Positions 39,990-52,785 of a stretch of DNA of 64,000 nucleotides are shown here, piece by piece. Position 1 is the first letter of the stretch. Each line of letters starts with the position of its first letter. The notes under the pieces are model-generated. The model was given only the letters and a program-made list of their open reading frames with translations, was not told where the DNA came from and made no database searches. The stretch is from Promethearchaeota archaeon (lineage in GTDB: Archaea; Asgardarchaeota; Lokiarchaeia; Sigyniarchaeales; SOKP01): assembly GCA_016840085.1 (NCBI GenBank), contig JAEOTA010000012.1, positions 32,001 through 96,000 of the forward strand, given 5' to 3'. The position numbers and the translations under genes were made by a program.

Positions 39990-40835
39990 ATGCCTGAACT
40001 AATCGAAGATTTTAAACATATCAAATTGGCAATTTTTGACTTAGATGGTGTTGTTTACCGTGGTCAAAAATTAATTCCAAATGTGGACAAGATTATACAA
40101 GAGTTAAAAGATCTATCATTAAGAGTAATCTATAATTCTAATAATTCTACAGCAACCAGGCAGATGTATGTTGAGAAGTTAAGGAATTTTGGTATACAAA
40201 GTGAAATAAATGATTTCTATACAAGTGCTTCTATAACTGCTACAGAAATAACTAATATAAAGAAAAATTCAAATATTTTTGTTATTGGAGAAAAGGGACT
40301 CAGAGATGAATTAAAAGTATTGGGTCATAAAATTATCATCAATCCTAAGAGTTTTAATGATATTGACTTTGTTATCGTAGGATTAGATAGAGAATTTTCG
40401 TATCAAAAACTAGCAATTGCTCAAAAATGTATCTTAGAAGGACAGGCACAATTTTATGCAACAAATACAGATTCTACGTTACCCGCTGCTAGTGGTTTGT
40501 TACCGGGAGCAGGAACAATGGTAAATGCATTAAAAACGTGTACAAGTAAGCAACCAATTAAAATTTTTGGAAAACCTGAACCATTTGGTATTAATTTGAT
40601 TTTAAAAGATATGAATATTCCAGCAAAAAATACATGTATTTTTGGAGATCGTTTGAGTACTGATATAGCTGCTGGTAATCGAGCAGGAATTATGACTATT
40701 GCTGTTTTAACAGGTGTCACCTCAGAAGATATGATTACTGATTTAAAATATAAATTAAAAGAATCAGATTTAATCGATAAAAATTTAGTGCCAGATTTAG
40801 TAATACAATCTTTAAGTGAGATTTTTAGGAAGTAA
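39990..40835 (+). CDS. HAD-IIA (NagD-like) phosphatase
   Basis: FDLDGV, SNNS, GKP, GDRLSTDI. Confidence 0.92.
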   Translation: MPELIEDFKHIKLAIFDLDGVVYRGQKLIPNVDKIIQELKDLSLRVIYNSNNSTATRQMYVEKLRNFGIQSEINDFYTSASITATEITNIKKNSNIFVIGEKGLRDELKVLGHKIIINPKSFNDIDFVIVGLDREFSYQKLAIAQKCILEGQAQFYATNTDSTLPAASGLLPGAGTMVNALKTCTSKQPIKIFGKPEPFGINLILKDMNIPAKNTCIFGDRLSTDIAAGNRAGIMTIAVLTGVTSEDMITDLKYKLKESDLIDKNLVPDLVIQSLSEIFRK

Positions 40836-40873
40836 CTTTAGCTTAAAGTATTTTTTTTGAAAATAAGTTTAAC

Positions 40874-41428
40874 TTATAACAATCCTGCTTTTTTTAACAT
40901 CAATCGACCAATTTCAGAAAAAACATCTTCTACATTTTGACCATTTTTGGCAGAACATTCTATATATCCATAAAGACTATTTTTTCTGGCTATGTCATAT
41001 GCCTCATTTCTAGAGACTGCTCTTTTATATTCTAGATCAATTTTACTCCCTACCATTAACACAGGGATTTGGTTGTCTGTGCCAGAATAACCTCTTTTAA
41101 AAATTTCAATCCAATCATTAAAATTTTTGAGTGATGAATATCGTGTGATGTCAAACATAAAGATTCCTCCTGAAGCTCCGATAACATAACTAGGCATGAG
41201 GAATCTAAATCTGTCTTCACCAGCAAAATCCCAGATTTGTAAACCAACTCGTTTTCCATCAATTTCAAGTTTTTTTACATGAAAATCGACCCCAATTGTG
41301 ATCTCAGAATGACTCTTAAAAACTCCCGTGAGATAACGTTTTATTAAAGTGGTCTTCCCAACACCACCATCGCCAAAAAATACCACCTTAAATAACGCGT
41401 CACTTAATGGAATACTCTCTCTCACCAT
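40874..41428 (-). CDS. Rab-like small GTPase
   Basis: GDGGVGKT, TIGVDF, WDFAGEDRF, SKID, ECSAK; no C-terminal Cys prenylation motif. Confidence 0.93.
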   Translation of the reverse strand: MVRESIPLSDALFKVVFFGDGGVGKTTLIKRYLTGVFKSHSEITIGVDFHVKKLEIDGKRVGLQIWDFAGEDRFRFLMPSYVIGASGGIFMFDITRYSSLKNFNDWIEIFKRGYSGTDNQIPVLMVGSKIDLEYKRAVSRNEAYDIARKNSLYGYIECSAKNGQNVEDVFSEIGRLMLKKAGLL

Positions 41429-41652
41429 ACTGGTTGGTTGAAAATCTTTTTATAAAATCTTATTGTCCTTAATATGCGTCTATTTTAGTTCTAATTAATC
41501 TGAATGTTTATTTTTTTTTATAATTATAATATATTCAATTTTTAAAAATAATTGTTTTTAATTAATGAAACTATAAATTACTATAATTTTTAATCTTAAA
41601 AATTGAAGAGATATATTTTAATTCCTTACTAAATTTCCAAATTTGAAAAATA

Positions 41653-42813
41653 ATGTCAACTAAAGTAGCTATTATAAATGTAAAAGACTATGAAAATACT
41701 CCAGATGCTGTTGTTGCTGGAATTAAATTAATTGAAGACGATTTAAAATTTGATTTCTTAAAAGCAAAAAAGATATTAATAAAGCCAAATTTACTTTCTG
41801 CTAATAAAAAAGCTTGTACTCAACCTAGCATTGTTGAGGGTGTTATTAATTATCTTAAACAATTTGGGGTATCAATGGATCATGTGATAGTTGGAGATTC
41901 TCCAGGACAACTTAAAATATCAGCATCTAAAGTTGCAAAAGAGATTGGACTGTTTGAGATATGTGAAAAAGAAGGTGTAAAAATCGTAAATTTTGAAGAT
42001 GGAACTCCTATAAATGGTGAAATTAAAGGTGCAATAAGAATGAATGAATTCTATGTAGCCAAAGCGGTGTATGATTGTGATATTCTCATAAACATACCAA
42101 AACTAAAAACTCATGCAGAAACAACCATTACAGGGGCAATCAAGAATTATTGGGGCATAATTCCAGGAGGTCAAAAAGCTAAATTACATCTTTTAGGTAA
42201 ATCTGCGGAGAAATTTGGTGAAGTTCTAGCTGATAATTTCTCTTGGATAGTAAATAACAAGCCCAGAAGATTAATTGTGTATGATCTTCAAAAAATAATG
42301 CAGGGTCCTAAAGGACCTGGAGCTGGAAAGATGGTAGATTGGAATTTGATTTTAGCGGGGACAGATGAGCTAGCTGTTGATGTGGTGGCTCTAGAAATTG
42401 GAAAATATAATGCAAAATTTGTCCCTCATTTGAAGAATGCAAAAGAGAGAGAATTAGGTATTGGGAATCTAGAAGATATAGAAATCGTTGGAATGACTTT
42501 AGAGGATGCGAAAAAGCAAGTGCCTAAATTTAAAGTACCTGGTAAATTTATTACGCGAATGGCCAGTTTTTTTTCAGGGAGAACCTTCTATAAGGTAGCG
42601 AAAAAGATTCCTAAATTAAATGAAAAAGATTGTGAAAAGTGTGGACAATGTGCTGAAATTTGCCCTGCTGATGCTATCAATTTCGAAGCTAAGCATTATC
42701 CTCGATTTATTAGAAAGAAATGCATTGCTTGTTTATGTTGTATGGAAATGTGCCCTCAACACGCCATAGAGGTGAAAAGTAGAGGAATAGGAGGATTATT
42801 TCACTCGTACTAA
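41653..42813 (+). CDS. DUF362 protein with C-terminal 2x[4Fe-4S] ferredoxin domain
   Basis: IKPNLL, PKLKTH, GAIKN; CEKCGQCAEICP and CIACLCCMEMCP. Confidence 0.9.
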   Translation: MSTKVAIINVKDYENTPDAVVAGIKLIEDDLKFDFLKAKKILIKPNLLSANKKACTQPSIVEGVINYLKQFGVSMDHVIVGDSPGQLKISASKVAKEIGLFEICEKEGVKIVNFEDGTPINGEIKGAIRMNEFYVAKAVYDCDILINIPKLKTHAETTITGAIKNYWGIIPGGQKAKLHLLGKSAEKFGEVLADNFSWIVNNKPRRLIVYDLQKIMQGPKGPGAGKMVDWNLILAGTDELAVDVVALEIGKYNAKFVPHLKNAKERELGIGNLEDIEIVGMTLEDAKKQVPKFKVPGKFITRMASFFSGRTFYKVAKKIPKLNEKDCEKCGQCAEICPADAINFEAKHYPRFIRKKCIACLCCMEMCPQHAIEVKSRGIGGLFHSY

Positions 42814-42821
42814 ATCTCTTA

Positions 42822-44222
42822 TCATAGTTCCTTCAAATATAAGTCAGAATAGGTCTTCAAGAAATAACTAAATCCTAGTCTTGTATTTAGGATTGAATTT
42901 ACTTGTATGAATTCATTAGGAGAATGCGCAAACCCACCTATACCTAAACCACCAGTTATGAAATTTAAACCAAGTTCTTTTTGTATTTTACTTAAAGGAG
43001 CAGCAGCAGCACTTATTGGCCATATTTCAGTAGGGATTTCTAACATTTTGGCACTTTTTATGAGACTTTTAACTAAAATAGAGTCTTTTTCAACTCTAGA
43101 ACCTTCATAACCAATGTTTTTTATTAGCTCAAAATGGGATGTTGAGTTTTTTGTATAGCTATCTATTTTTGCTTTAATCTCTTTGAAGATGTCATCAATC
43201 GAACAATTATGGGCGAATCTAATGTCAATATTGCAAATCGCTTCATTTGCAACCATGTTCTTTATACCTTCATCTAAGAATCCTGATTTTAAAGTTGAAA
43301 TATTAAATGTGGGATTAAATAAATAGCTAACAAAAATTTTTCTAGGATCTTCTTCCTTAGTTTCTATAATTCCCGCTTTTCTCTTTATTTTTTCAATATC
43401 AATTTTTTCTAGCAAACCATCTATTAAAGAACTCTCTTCTTCTGTAAGAGCATATGTAGTTTTCATACTATCTATTTGAAATTGGGTATTAGAATATATT
43501 GTGTTTAGAAGTGATACCAAGTCTGTTGCGGGGTTAGGTATCATACTGCTAAACCCAGAATGAGGTTCTTTATTCTTTGAATAAACTTTAATTGTGAATG
43601 ATAAAATACCTTTATATCCTAATTTTAACACAGCAGTTCCATCAAGATCTTGTTTAGTTGCCGGATAAAAGGCGTCAATGCAATTTTTAAAAGTCTCTTT
43701 CTTATTTTCTAAAAATTTTAGCAACGTAGGTGAGCCCATTTCTTCCTCTCCATCAAATAACAAGAGCAATGAGATAGGCAATTCATCTATTTCTTTTAAT
43801 CTTTTAACTGTATTTAAGAAACATATTAATGGCGTTTTTGAGTTATAAGCACCTCTCGCTATAATACATTCACCTAATTCCTTTAAAGGAGGAGGTAACA
43901 TTTTTTTTTCCGCTCCAAATGGAGTACTTATCCATTCTTCTTCATTATTTATAGGTTGAGTGTCATACATCATATAAATTAAAATAGATTCCTTTATCTT
44001 ACCTTTGACTCTAGCTAAGATTAAAGGATTAATAATTCCTTTAATTTCCTCGATTTTTTCGCTAAATTTTGAAATATAAGAAGTTAAGAAATTTTTAGCT
44101 TTTAAGATGCCTTTTTTATTAAGTGTATTGCTTGGAATTCTTAAAAAGGGTTGTAAATCTTTTTCGATAAATTCTTTATTACTTTCTCTTATTAAAGATT
44201 CTATACCATCGAATGATTTCAT
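42822..44222 (-). CDS. M20/M25/M40 metallopeptidase
   Basis: YDTQP, ARGA, GEEEMGS, HSG, AHSPNE. Confidence 0.88.
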   Translation of the reverse strand: MKSFDGIESLIRESNKEFIEKDLQPFLRIPSNTLNKKGILKAKNFLTSYISKFSEKIEEIKGIINPLILARVKGKIKESILIYMMYDTQPINNEEEWISTPFGAEKKMLPPPLKELGECIIARGAYNSKTPLICFLNTVKRLKEIDELPISLLLLFDGEEEMGSPTLLKFLENKKETFKNCIDAFYPATKQDLDGTAVLKLGYKGILSFTIKVYSKNKEPHSGFSSMIPNPATDLVSLLNTIYSNTQFQIDSMKTTYALTEEESSLIDGLLEKIDIEKIKRKAGIIETKEEDPRKIFVSYLFNPTFNISTLKSGFLDEGIKNMVANEAICNIDIRFAHNCSIDDIFKEIKAKIDSYTKNSTSHFELIKNIGYEGSRVEKDSILVKSLIKSAKMLEIPTEIWPISAAAAPLSKIQKELGLNFITGGLGIGGFAHSPNEFIQVNSILNTRLGFSYFLKTYSDLYLKEL

Positions 44223-44280
44223 ATATATTCAATAGTTAAATTAAGTAATTAATTAATTTAATTATCAACAATTAAGTGGG

Positions 44281-44676
44281 TTGTTTACATTGAAGAGTAA
44301 TATTCCAGAACATGAACCTAACAATATAGCATTAAGACAAATTTTTAATGAAATAAAAGAAAAAGGTAAATTATTAGGAGTTTTATTAGCTTATCGAAAT
44401 GGAGAACTTATTTTTCAAAATATTGGTGATAATTTTGATAGTATAAAATTTGCATCGATGTGTGCTTCGGTATTAGAGGGAGCAGCAGAGTTAGGTCAAA
44501 CGATTGGAAATAAAAAAATTAATAAAATTATTGCCGAATTAGAAGCAAAAACGATAATAATTGTTGAATGTAATGTTAAATCCTTTTTTATATTAATTTT
44601 AAACAAGGAATCTCAAGTAGACTTAATATTAAATCAGTTGCCCGAATATATACAAATAATTAGTGGTATATATTAA
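44281..44676 (+). CDS. Roadblock/LC7 domain protein (divergent)
   Basis: GVLLAYRNGELI...FASMCASVLEGA pattern. Confidence 0.75.
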   Translation: MFTLKSNIPEHEPNNIALRQIFNEIKEKGKLLGVLLAYRNGELIFQNIGDNFDSIKFASMCASVLEGAAELGQTIGNKKINKIIAELEAKTIIIVECNVKSFFILILNKESQVDLILNQLPEYIQIISGIY

Positions 44677-44709
44677 ATTCAACTTTTCTTGTAAAACAGA
44701 ATCATTTTT

Positions 44710-46380
44710 CTATAAATAATTCATCCATTTCGGGTCAATCCGATTTAAAGCAATTTCAATTTCTTTTCTCACATCCCAATTATCATCCCCTAAAGCTTCA
44801 ATGAGAGACTTAATTGCTTCCTTGTTACCAATTTCACCTAAGGCTCTGGCAGCAGATATACGAATTTTATCATCACTATCTTTTAAAAAAAGAATAATGG
44901 GTTCAATTGAGTCAATTTCCTTAAAGTTTCCTAAAGCCATGGCGGCCCAACTCTTAATATAAACATCTTCATCATTTAAACATGATATAAGAGTATTAAT
45001 AGATTCATTACTGCCTGTTCTTATTAATAATCTAACTATAGTTCTTCTAGTCTTCCAGTTTGAAGTTATTAATGCATCCTTTGCTAAATTAACTACTTTT
45101 TCATTGTTAAAACTAATTAAAGCATCAATAGCTGCGTTTCTTACACTTCCATTCTCATCACTTATTAGATTGAAAACATTATTTATGGTGCTGGAATCAC
45201 CAATTTCTCCTAATATCTTGGCACAATACATTCTAACTTGGGAAGATTTATCATTTAGAGCATCTATAATCATATCATTAATTTTATTATCTAAAATTTT
45301 TAAAAGTGCTCTATAAGCTGATCTTCTTATACTAGCAACTTTACTCTCAAAGGTTTTTATCAATAAAACAATAGCATTTGTATCTTTCAGTATACCTAAT
45401 AATTTAATTGCTTCTTTCCTAGCATTGAGATTTCTTTCTTTAGCAACGTCATATAATATTTCATGTGATTTTGTTTTAAGGAAAATTTTATAAAGTGAAT
45501 TTTTAGCAAGATTTCTAAGTTTAACGTCCTTTTCTTTCAGGATCTCTAACAATGGGTTAATAGCTCTTTTACTTTTTACATTCCCTAATACTCGAATTGC
45601 TTCTTTTCTAACTTGTATATTTTGATCATTAAGAGTTTCTAAAAGGTATTTAACATTTCTTAATTCTATTATTCTTTCTAAAGCCTTTATTGCATTTTTC
45701 CTTATTAAAGGATTGTTATCTTTTAGGAAATTTATCAATATTTCTTCGCTTTCTTTTTTTCCTATTTTGCCAAGAATTATAGGTATTTCTTTTTTAATAT
45801 TTGGATCTTCTGTATTAATATATTCATTAATTATCTGTAAATTACCTTTTTTGCCGATTTTTACAATTGAATCAATTAAATCATTATATATTTCTATATT
45901 TCTAAAGTGCAACAACTCAATTAGAGGTTTTAAAGCTTCTTCCTGGCCTGCTTTTCCTAAAAAGGTAACTGTTGCCTTTTTGACTTCAAAATTAAGATCA
46001 TTTAATGTCTCGATTAAGAAAGGAATTGATCCATTTAAATCATCTTTTCCAACCATTTCAATAAGACTTTTTCTAACAGATCCATCATTGCAGTTCTTGT
46101 ATTGTTCTTTTAAGAACAAGACACCTTTATTACTATAACATGTAGCTAATAAGTCTATTAATTTCAGCCTTAGTTTTGGATGCATATCACTCATAAAAAC
46201 GTTTTTTACATCTTGAAAACGTGAATTTTCATCATCATTGAATCGAATTAAATGATCTACCGCTTTTACTTTATTTTCTAACATTTCAGATTCTTTTAAA
46301 ATCGAAAGAAGTGATTCTGTAGCCTCAGTTTCGCTCAACAAATCAATTCTTTCAAATATTAAGTTATTCCTCTCACTCAA
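44710..46380 (-). CDS. HEAT/PBS-lyase repeat protein
   Basis: Many L.D....VR..A...LG.IG repeats. Confidence 0.92.
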   Translation of the reverse strand: MSERNNLIFERIDLLSETEATESLLSILKESEMLENKVKAVDHLIRFNDDENSRFQDVKNVFMSDMHPKLRLKLIDLLATCYSNKGVLFLKEQYKNCNDGSVRKSLIEMVGKDDLNGSIPFLIETLNDLNFEVKKATVTFLGKAGQEEALKPLIELLHFRNIEIYNDLIDSIVKIGKKGNLQIINEYINTEDPNIKKEIPIILGKIGKKESEEILINFLKDNNPLIRKNAIKALERIIELRNVKYLLETLNDQNIQVRKEAIRVLGNVKSKRAINPLLEILKEKDVKLRNLAKNSLYKIFLKTKSHEILYDVAKERNLNARKEAIKLLGILKDTNAIVLLIKTFESKVASIRRSAYRALLKILDNKINDMIIDALNDKSSQVRMYCAKILGEIGDSSTINNVFNLISDENGSVRNAAIDALISFNNEKVVNLAKDALITSNWKTRRTIVRLLIRTGSNESINTLISCLNDEDVYIKSWAAMALGNFKEIDSIEPIILFLKDSDDKIRISAARALGEIGNKEAIKSLIEALGDDNWDVRKEIEIALNRIDPKWMNYL

Positions 46381-46489
46381 CCTAAAAACCTTAAAAAATT
46401 CAAATTAAATTAAAACTAAAGAAAATACAAAAACCTTTGAATTATTACAAAAAAATAGAATTATTTATTTTTATTGATTTAAAAAAAGC

Positions 46490-46505
46490 TGAGTGATATC
46501 ACTCA
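46490..46505 (-). terminator. Perfect 16-bp palindrome followed by a T-run on the minus strand
   Basis: TGAGTGATATCACTCA then GCTTTTTTT, 25 nt after the GH1 stop; could instead be an operator for the HEAT gene. Confidence 0.45.
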
Positions 46506-46530
46506 AGATTTATTTTGAATTTTTGAATAT

Positions 46531-47895
<1,365 letters not shown>

Positions 47896-48059
47896 TTAAT
47901 AAACCCGTTTTCAATTTACAATTTAATTGATATTACTTATTAAAAATATATTATAAAGTTAATTTAATTTCCATAAATCGAAATAGGATTTAACTCTTTT
48001 AGTACTCAATATGAAATGATTTTAAGACTATGAATTTGGGTACTAAGAATAAGTAAAAG

Positions 48060-48413
48060 TTAAATATACATTCCCTCTGGAGGAGGTCTATAATATATAT
48101 TTCTTTGATTTCCTCCAAAAATTTCTCTAAATATCTCCCTTATATGAATATAATCATATCTTCTAAAAATTTCACTGAAATCAATCTTTCTGGGGTCGTA
48201 TCCTGCGTCATCATAAATTCTACGTTCAGTAGGATCAATTAATGTATCGTAAGCTTCCTTTAATTCTATGAATTTGTCTTTAGATTTTGGATCTTTCCTA
48301 TTAAGATCTGGATGATATTTTTTTGCTAATTTCCGATATGCTAATTTGATTTCTTCTTCAGATGCATCCTTGTTAATTCCAAGTATTTCATAATAATCAC
48401 GGTTTTCTTTCAT
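48060..48413 (-). CDS. Small J-domain protein
   Basis: DYYEILG...[12 protein letters not shown]; no Zn-finger or C-terminal client domain. Confidence 0.92.
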   Translation of the reverse strand: MKENRDYYEILGINKDASEEEIKLAYRKLAKKYHPDLNRKDPKSKDKFIELKEAYDTLIDPTERRIYDDAGYDPRKIDFSEIFRRYDYIHIREIFREIFGGNQRNIYYRPPPEGMYI

Positions 48414-48605
48414 TTTATCCTTATTATTCGCTTTCTTTTGAAATTAAAAGAAAATATTTGAATAAAAAGTTATACCTTAAATATAATAAAAACCTAACTT
48501 CACTATTTTTATAAGATAAGGTAATATCAAGTAAACCTTATAATTAGAAAATTTAAAATATTCTGAAATAATGAATTTTAGAAAAATAAAAATTAATAAA
48601 AAAAT

Positions 48606-50585
48606 TTAACCTATTTCAACATCCATTTTCTTGCGTTCTTCTAATAGGGCCTCTACAACAGAGGGATCTGCTAGTGTAGTTACATTACCAATATCGGTTT
48701 TACTAGCAATTGCTTTAAGAATTCTTCGCATGATCTTCCCACTTCGAGTTTTTGGAAGAGCATCAGCAAATTGAATAACGTCTGGTTGAAATACTGGCCC
48801 AATTTCTTGTCTAACATGCATTCTTATCTCCTTAGATAGTTTAGCTGATTTTTCAATCCCTTGCATTAATGTAATGAATGCCCATATTGCCTGACCTTTA
48901 ATTTTATGTGGAAATGGGGCAACTGCTGCTTCAGCTACTTTTGGATGACTTACAAGAGCAGATTCTACTTCCATAGTTCCTATTCTATGGCCTGATACTT
49001 TGATAACATCATCAAGTCTACCTAAAATCCAATAATAGCCATCTTCATCTCGTCGTGCTCCATCGCCAGTATAATAGTATCCTGGATACTTTTCGAGATA
49101 GGTTGATTTAAATCTCTCTGTATCACCCCAAACATCTCTTAACATTCCCGGCCATGGTGTTTGAATTGCAAAATATCCACCTTCATCTGGTTCAGTTACC
49201 TCATCACCTTCTAAGTCGAATATAACTGGTTTTATACCAAAAAATGGCATACAACAAGAGCCAGGCTTGGTGGGGGTAGCAGTAGAAATAGGAGTCATAA
49301 TAAATCCACCAGTTTCAGTCTGCCAGTAAGTATCAACAATAGGACACCGACTTTTTCCTACAACTCTATGATACCAAGTCCAGGCTTCTGGGTTTATTGG
49401 TTCACCAACTGTTCCAAGAACCTTCAAAGAACTTAAGTCATGTTTTTTAACTGGTTCATCACCGTACCTCATTAAAGCGCGTATTGCCGTAGGTGCCGTA
49501 TAAAAATGGGTTACTTTGTGGCGTTCAACAATATCCCAAAAGCGATCTACATCGGGATATGTTGGTACTCCTTCAAACATTAAGGAGGTTGCGCCATTTG
49601 CTAATGGTCCATATACAATATAAGAATGGCCTGTAATCCATCCAATATCAGCAGTGCAATACCATATATCTCCCTCATGATAATTGAATACAACTCTATG
49701 AGTGAATGAAGTATAAAGTATGTATCCTGCAGTAGTATGATTTACTCCTTTAGGTTTTCCAGTTGTTCCGCTTGTATATAAAATAAACAGTGTATCCTCA
49801 GAATCCATTATTTCAGGCTCACATTCTTCACTCATCTCATTAATGAAGTCATGATACCATATATCCTTATTTGTATGAGGTATATCTCTTCCAGAACGTT
49901 GAACAACGATAACATGTTCTATGGTTGGGACATCGTCAATTATTTGAACAACATCCGCCATTTTTGGATAGAATTTTCCGGCTCTTACTGTTTCATCGCT
50001 AGTGAAAAGAATACGCGAATCAGAATCTTTAATCCTATCTTTAACAGCTTCTTTTGAGAATCCTCCGAAAACTATTGAATGAATTACACCAATTCGGGCG
50101 CATGCTAACATAATTATCGCTAGTTCAGGTACCATAGGTAGCCATATTGTAACTCTATCACCTTTTTTTAATCCTAATTTCTTCATTCCATTGGCTACTT
50201 TGCTTACTTCTTTTAAGAGTTCACTGTAAGTAAATCTTCTTACATGTCCTGGTTCGTCTGCTTCCCATATCAGAGCAATTTTATCCCCTTTTCCCGCTTT
50301 GACATGTCTATCTAAGGCATTATAGCTTACGTTAAGTTTTCCACCAATAAACCATTTGCCAGGAAATAAATCAGTTTTTTCCCAAACTTTACTATATGGT
50401 TTGAACCAATCTAAAGATTTTGCTTGTTCATCCCAGAAACCTTCCATATCTTCTATTGATTGTTTGTAAAGTTTTTGATATTCTTCAATTGAAATCCCAG
50501 TTTTTGCATAATCTGGATTAAGATCAACTGGATTAAAAATACGGTTTTCAGTGAGAATACTTTCCATCCTTTCTTCTTTTGACAT
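48606..50585 (-). CDS. acs: AMP-forming acetyl-CoA synthetase
   Basis: YTSGTTGKPKG, WQTETG, SGHRIG, PKTRSGKIMRR. Confidence 0.96.
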   Translation of the reverse strand: MSKEERMESILTENRIFNPVDLNPDYAKTGISIEEYQKLYKQSIEDMEGFWDEQAKSLDWFKPYSKVWEKTDLFPGKWFIGGKLNVSYNALDRHVKAGKGDKIALIWEADEPGHVRRFTYSELLKEVSKVANGMKKLGLKKGDRVTIWLPMVPELAIIMLACARIGVIHSIVFGGFSKEAVKDRIKDSDSRILFTSDETVRAGKFYPKMADVVQIIDDVPTIEHVIVVQRSGRDIPHTNKDIWYHDFINEMSEECEPEIMDSEDTLFILYTSGTTGKPKGVNHTTAGYILYTSFTHRVVFNYHEGDIWYCTADIGWITGHSYIVYGPLANGATSLMFEGVPTYPDVDRFWDIVERHKVTHFYTAPTAIRALMRYGDEPVKKHDLSSLKVLGTVGEPINPEAWTWYHRVVGKSRCPIVDTYWQTETGGFIMTPISTATPTKPGSCCMPFFGIKPVIFDLEGDEVTEPDEGGYFAIQTPWPGMLRDVWGDTERFKSTYLEKYPGYYYTGDGARRDEDGYYWILGRLDDVIKVSGHRIGTMEVESALVSHPKVAEAAVAPFPHKIKGQAIWAFITLMQGIEKSAKLSKEIRMHVRQEIGPVFQPDVIQFADALPKTRSGKIMRRILKAIASKTDIGNVTTLADPSVVEALLEERKKMDVEIG

Positions 50586-50826
50586 TATATTTCACAATTT
50601 TGAATTTCTTTGATTTTTATGTTGCTTAAACTAATTTAATTTTTTTTTTAAAAAATAAATTTTTTATTTTTTAAATGGAAACTTCTAAATCAAAAAAGAA
50701 TTGAATGAAATTTAAACATTTTATTTATATTTTCAAAATTAATATATGATAGAGAATAGAAATAATAATTTTATTTGATATAGATATTATTAATAATAAT
50801 TTTAGATAATTGTTTAAGAATATTTA

Positions 50827-52737
50827 ATGGAGTATAGTAAATCAATGGATTTTGAATGGAGAGTAAAGTGGAAGGATAAAGAAATTACTGCTAAAGAAGC
50901 AATACAAAAAATAATTCCGAGTAACAGAGTCTTTATAGATTCAGGGTGCTCGGAACCGCAATTATTAACTTTAGAATTAATTAAGCAATCAGATAAATTA
51001 ATAGATACAGAGATCCTTCATTTTTTAACCATAGGTCCTGGAAAATATTTCAAAGATAAAGCAGAAGATCTTTTTAGACATAATGCTTTTTTTATTGGAA
51101 AGACTCTTCGAGAGGAAATTAATAAAGGTCAAGCTGATTATACTCCAATATATGCGAGTGAAATTCCTTCATTATTTTTAACAGGTCGAAAGCATATAGA
51201 TGTTGCCCTTATACAAGTGTCTCCTCCAGATCCGTATGGTTTTTGTTCTTTAGGAATTAATGTAGATATAGCAAAACCAATAGCACAATCATCTTACCTT
51301 ACTATTGTTGAAATCAACCCTCAAATGCCACGTACTTTAGGAAATAGTTTTATTCACATGAAAGAAATAGATTATTTCGTATATAATGATACTCCATTGT
51401 TAGAATTTCATTTTGAGGAACCAGATGATATAGGTGAAAGAATTGGGCATAATCTAGAAAACCTAGTGGAGAATAAATCAACTATACATGTCGGGTTTGG
51501 AGATCTACCAAATGCTATGCTCAAATTTTTGGTAGATAAAAAAGATCTCGGGATGCACTCCCACTATTTAACAGATAATATTATTCCCCTAATTGAAGAG
51601 GGAGTTTTAACTTGTAGGAAAAAAAATTTCCACCCTGAAAAAATTATTACCAGTTTTGCTTTAGGAACTAAAAAATTATATAAATTTGTGGATAACAATC
51701 CTTATATTGAATTTTATCCTTCTGATTATGTATGTAATCCTAGGTATATTGGAATGAATAAGAATATGGTTTCAATTAATTCCGCTCGACAAATCGATCT
51801 AACTGGTCAAGTAAATGCTGCAACAGAAGGCTATAGATTCTATTCTGGTTTTGGTGAGACCATTGATTTTATGAGAGGTTCTGCATTTTCTAAAGGTGGC
51901 AAACCGATCATAATTATACCCTCAACCTCTAGAGATGGTGAAAAGTCACGAATTGTACCTCATTTAGATGAAGGAGCGGGAGTAATGTTATCGCGAGGGG
52001 ATGTATATTATGTTGTTACAGAATGGGGTGTAGCATATCTCCATGGTAAGTCAATTAGAGAAAGAATACTTGAATTGATCTGCATAGCACATCCAAAATT
52101 CCAACAGTCTCTATTAGAGGAGGCAAAAAAATTGAATTATATTTATTCTGATCAGATGCTTCCATGTGATGATAAAGGGCGGATTTGTATTTATCCATCT
52201 GAATATGAGACTATTTATAAAACACTCGATAAAGAAAGAATAATAATTCGCCCTGTGAAAACAACTGATGAGCCATTATTGAGAGATTTATATTATTCAT
52301 TAAGTGAGAGGGACAAATATTTAAGATTCTTTGAATTAAAAAAGGAATTTACTCACTCTAAAACTCAGTTTGAGGTAAATATTGATTATAATAATGTTTT
52401 TTCTATTGGGGCATTTATCGGTGAAATTGGAAATGAAGAGATGATAGGAAATGCAACTTATTATCTAAATCCTAAATTGAATATGGGAGAATATTCCTTT
52501 TTAGTTAGAGAGGATTACCGTGGTAAGGGGATTGGAGCTTTTCTTTATCAACAAATAATTATTATTGCAAAAGAAAAAGGATTAAAAGGACTTTATGGAA
52601 ATATCCACATCCAAAATAAAAGTGCTGTTAGAATAATTCAAACTGGTGGATATACTAAAATAACTCCTCCTAAATTTCCAAGCGAAAAAGAGTTATTTTA
52701 TGAGGTTTTTTTCAGTAAGGAAAATTCACTTGAATAA
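50827..52737 (+). CDS. Acetyl-CoA hydrolase/4-hydroxybutyrate CoA-transferase-like domain fused to a GNAT acetyltransferase
   Basis: QVSPPD..GFCSLG, IDLTGQV, VVTEWGVA.L.GKSIRER, IAHP; C-terminal RFF...YRGKGIG...N GNAT motif. Confidence 0.9.
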   Translation: MEYSKSMDFEWRVKWKDKEITAKEAIQKIIPSNRVFIDSGCSEPQLLTLELIKQSDKLIDTEILHFLTIGPGKYFKDKAEDLFRHNAFFIGKTLREEINKGQADYTPIYASEIPSLFLTGRKHIDVALIQVSPPDPYGFCSLGINVDIAKPIAQSSYLTIVEINPQMPRTLGNSFIHMKEIDYFVYNDTPLLEFHFEEPDDIGERIGHNLENLVENKSTIHVGFGDLPNAMLKFLVDKKDLGMHSHYLTDNIIPLIEEGVLTCRKKNFHPEKIITSFALGTKKLYKFVDNNPYIEFYPSDYVCNPRYIGMNKNMVSINSARQIDLTGQVNAATEGYRFYSGFGETIDFMRGSAFSKGGKPIIIIPSTSRDGEKSRIVPHLDEGAGVMLSRGDVYYVVTEWGVAYLHGKSIRERILELICIAHPKFQQSLLEEAKKLNYIYSDQMLPCDDKGRICIYPSEYETIYKTLDKERIIIRPVKTTDEPLLRDLYYSLSERDKYLRFFELKKEFTHSKTQFEVNIDYNNVFSIGAFIGEIGNEEMIGNATYYLNPKLNMGEYSFLVREDYRGKGIGAFLYQQIIIIAKEKGLKGLYGNIHIQNKSAVRIIQTGGYTKITPPKFPSEKELFYEVFFSKENSLE

Positions 52738-52785
52738 TTAGTCACTATTTTTATTTTTCTTCCATAATTATAACTTTGTAAGCTT

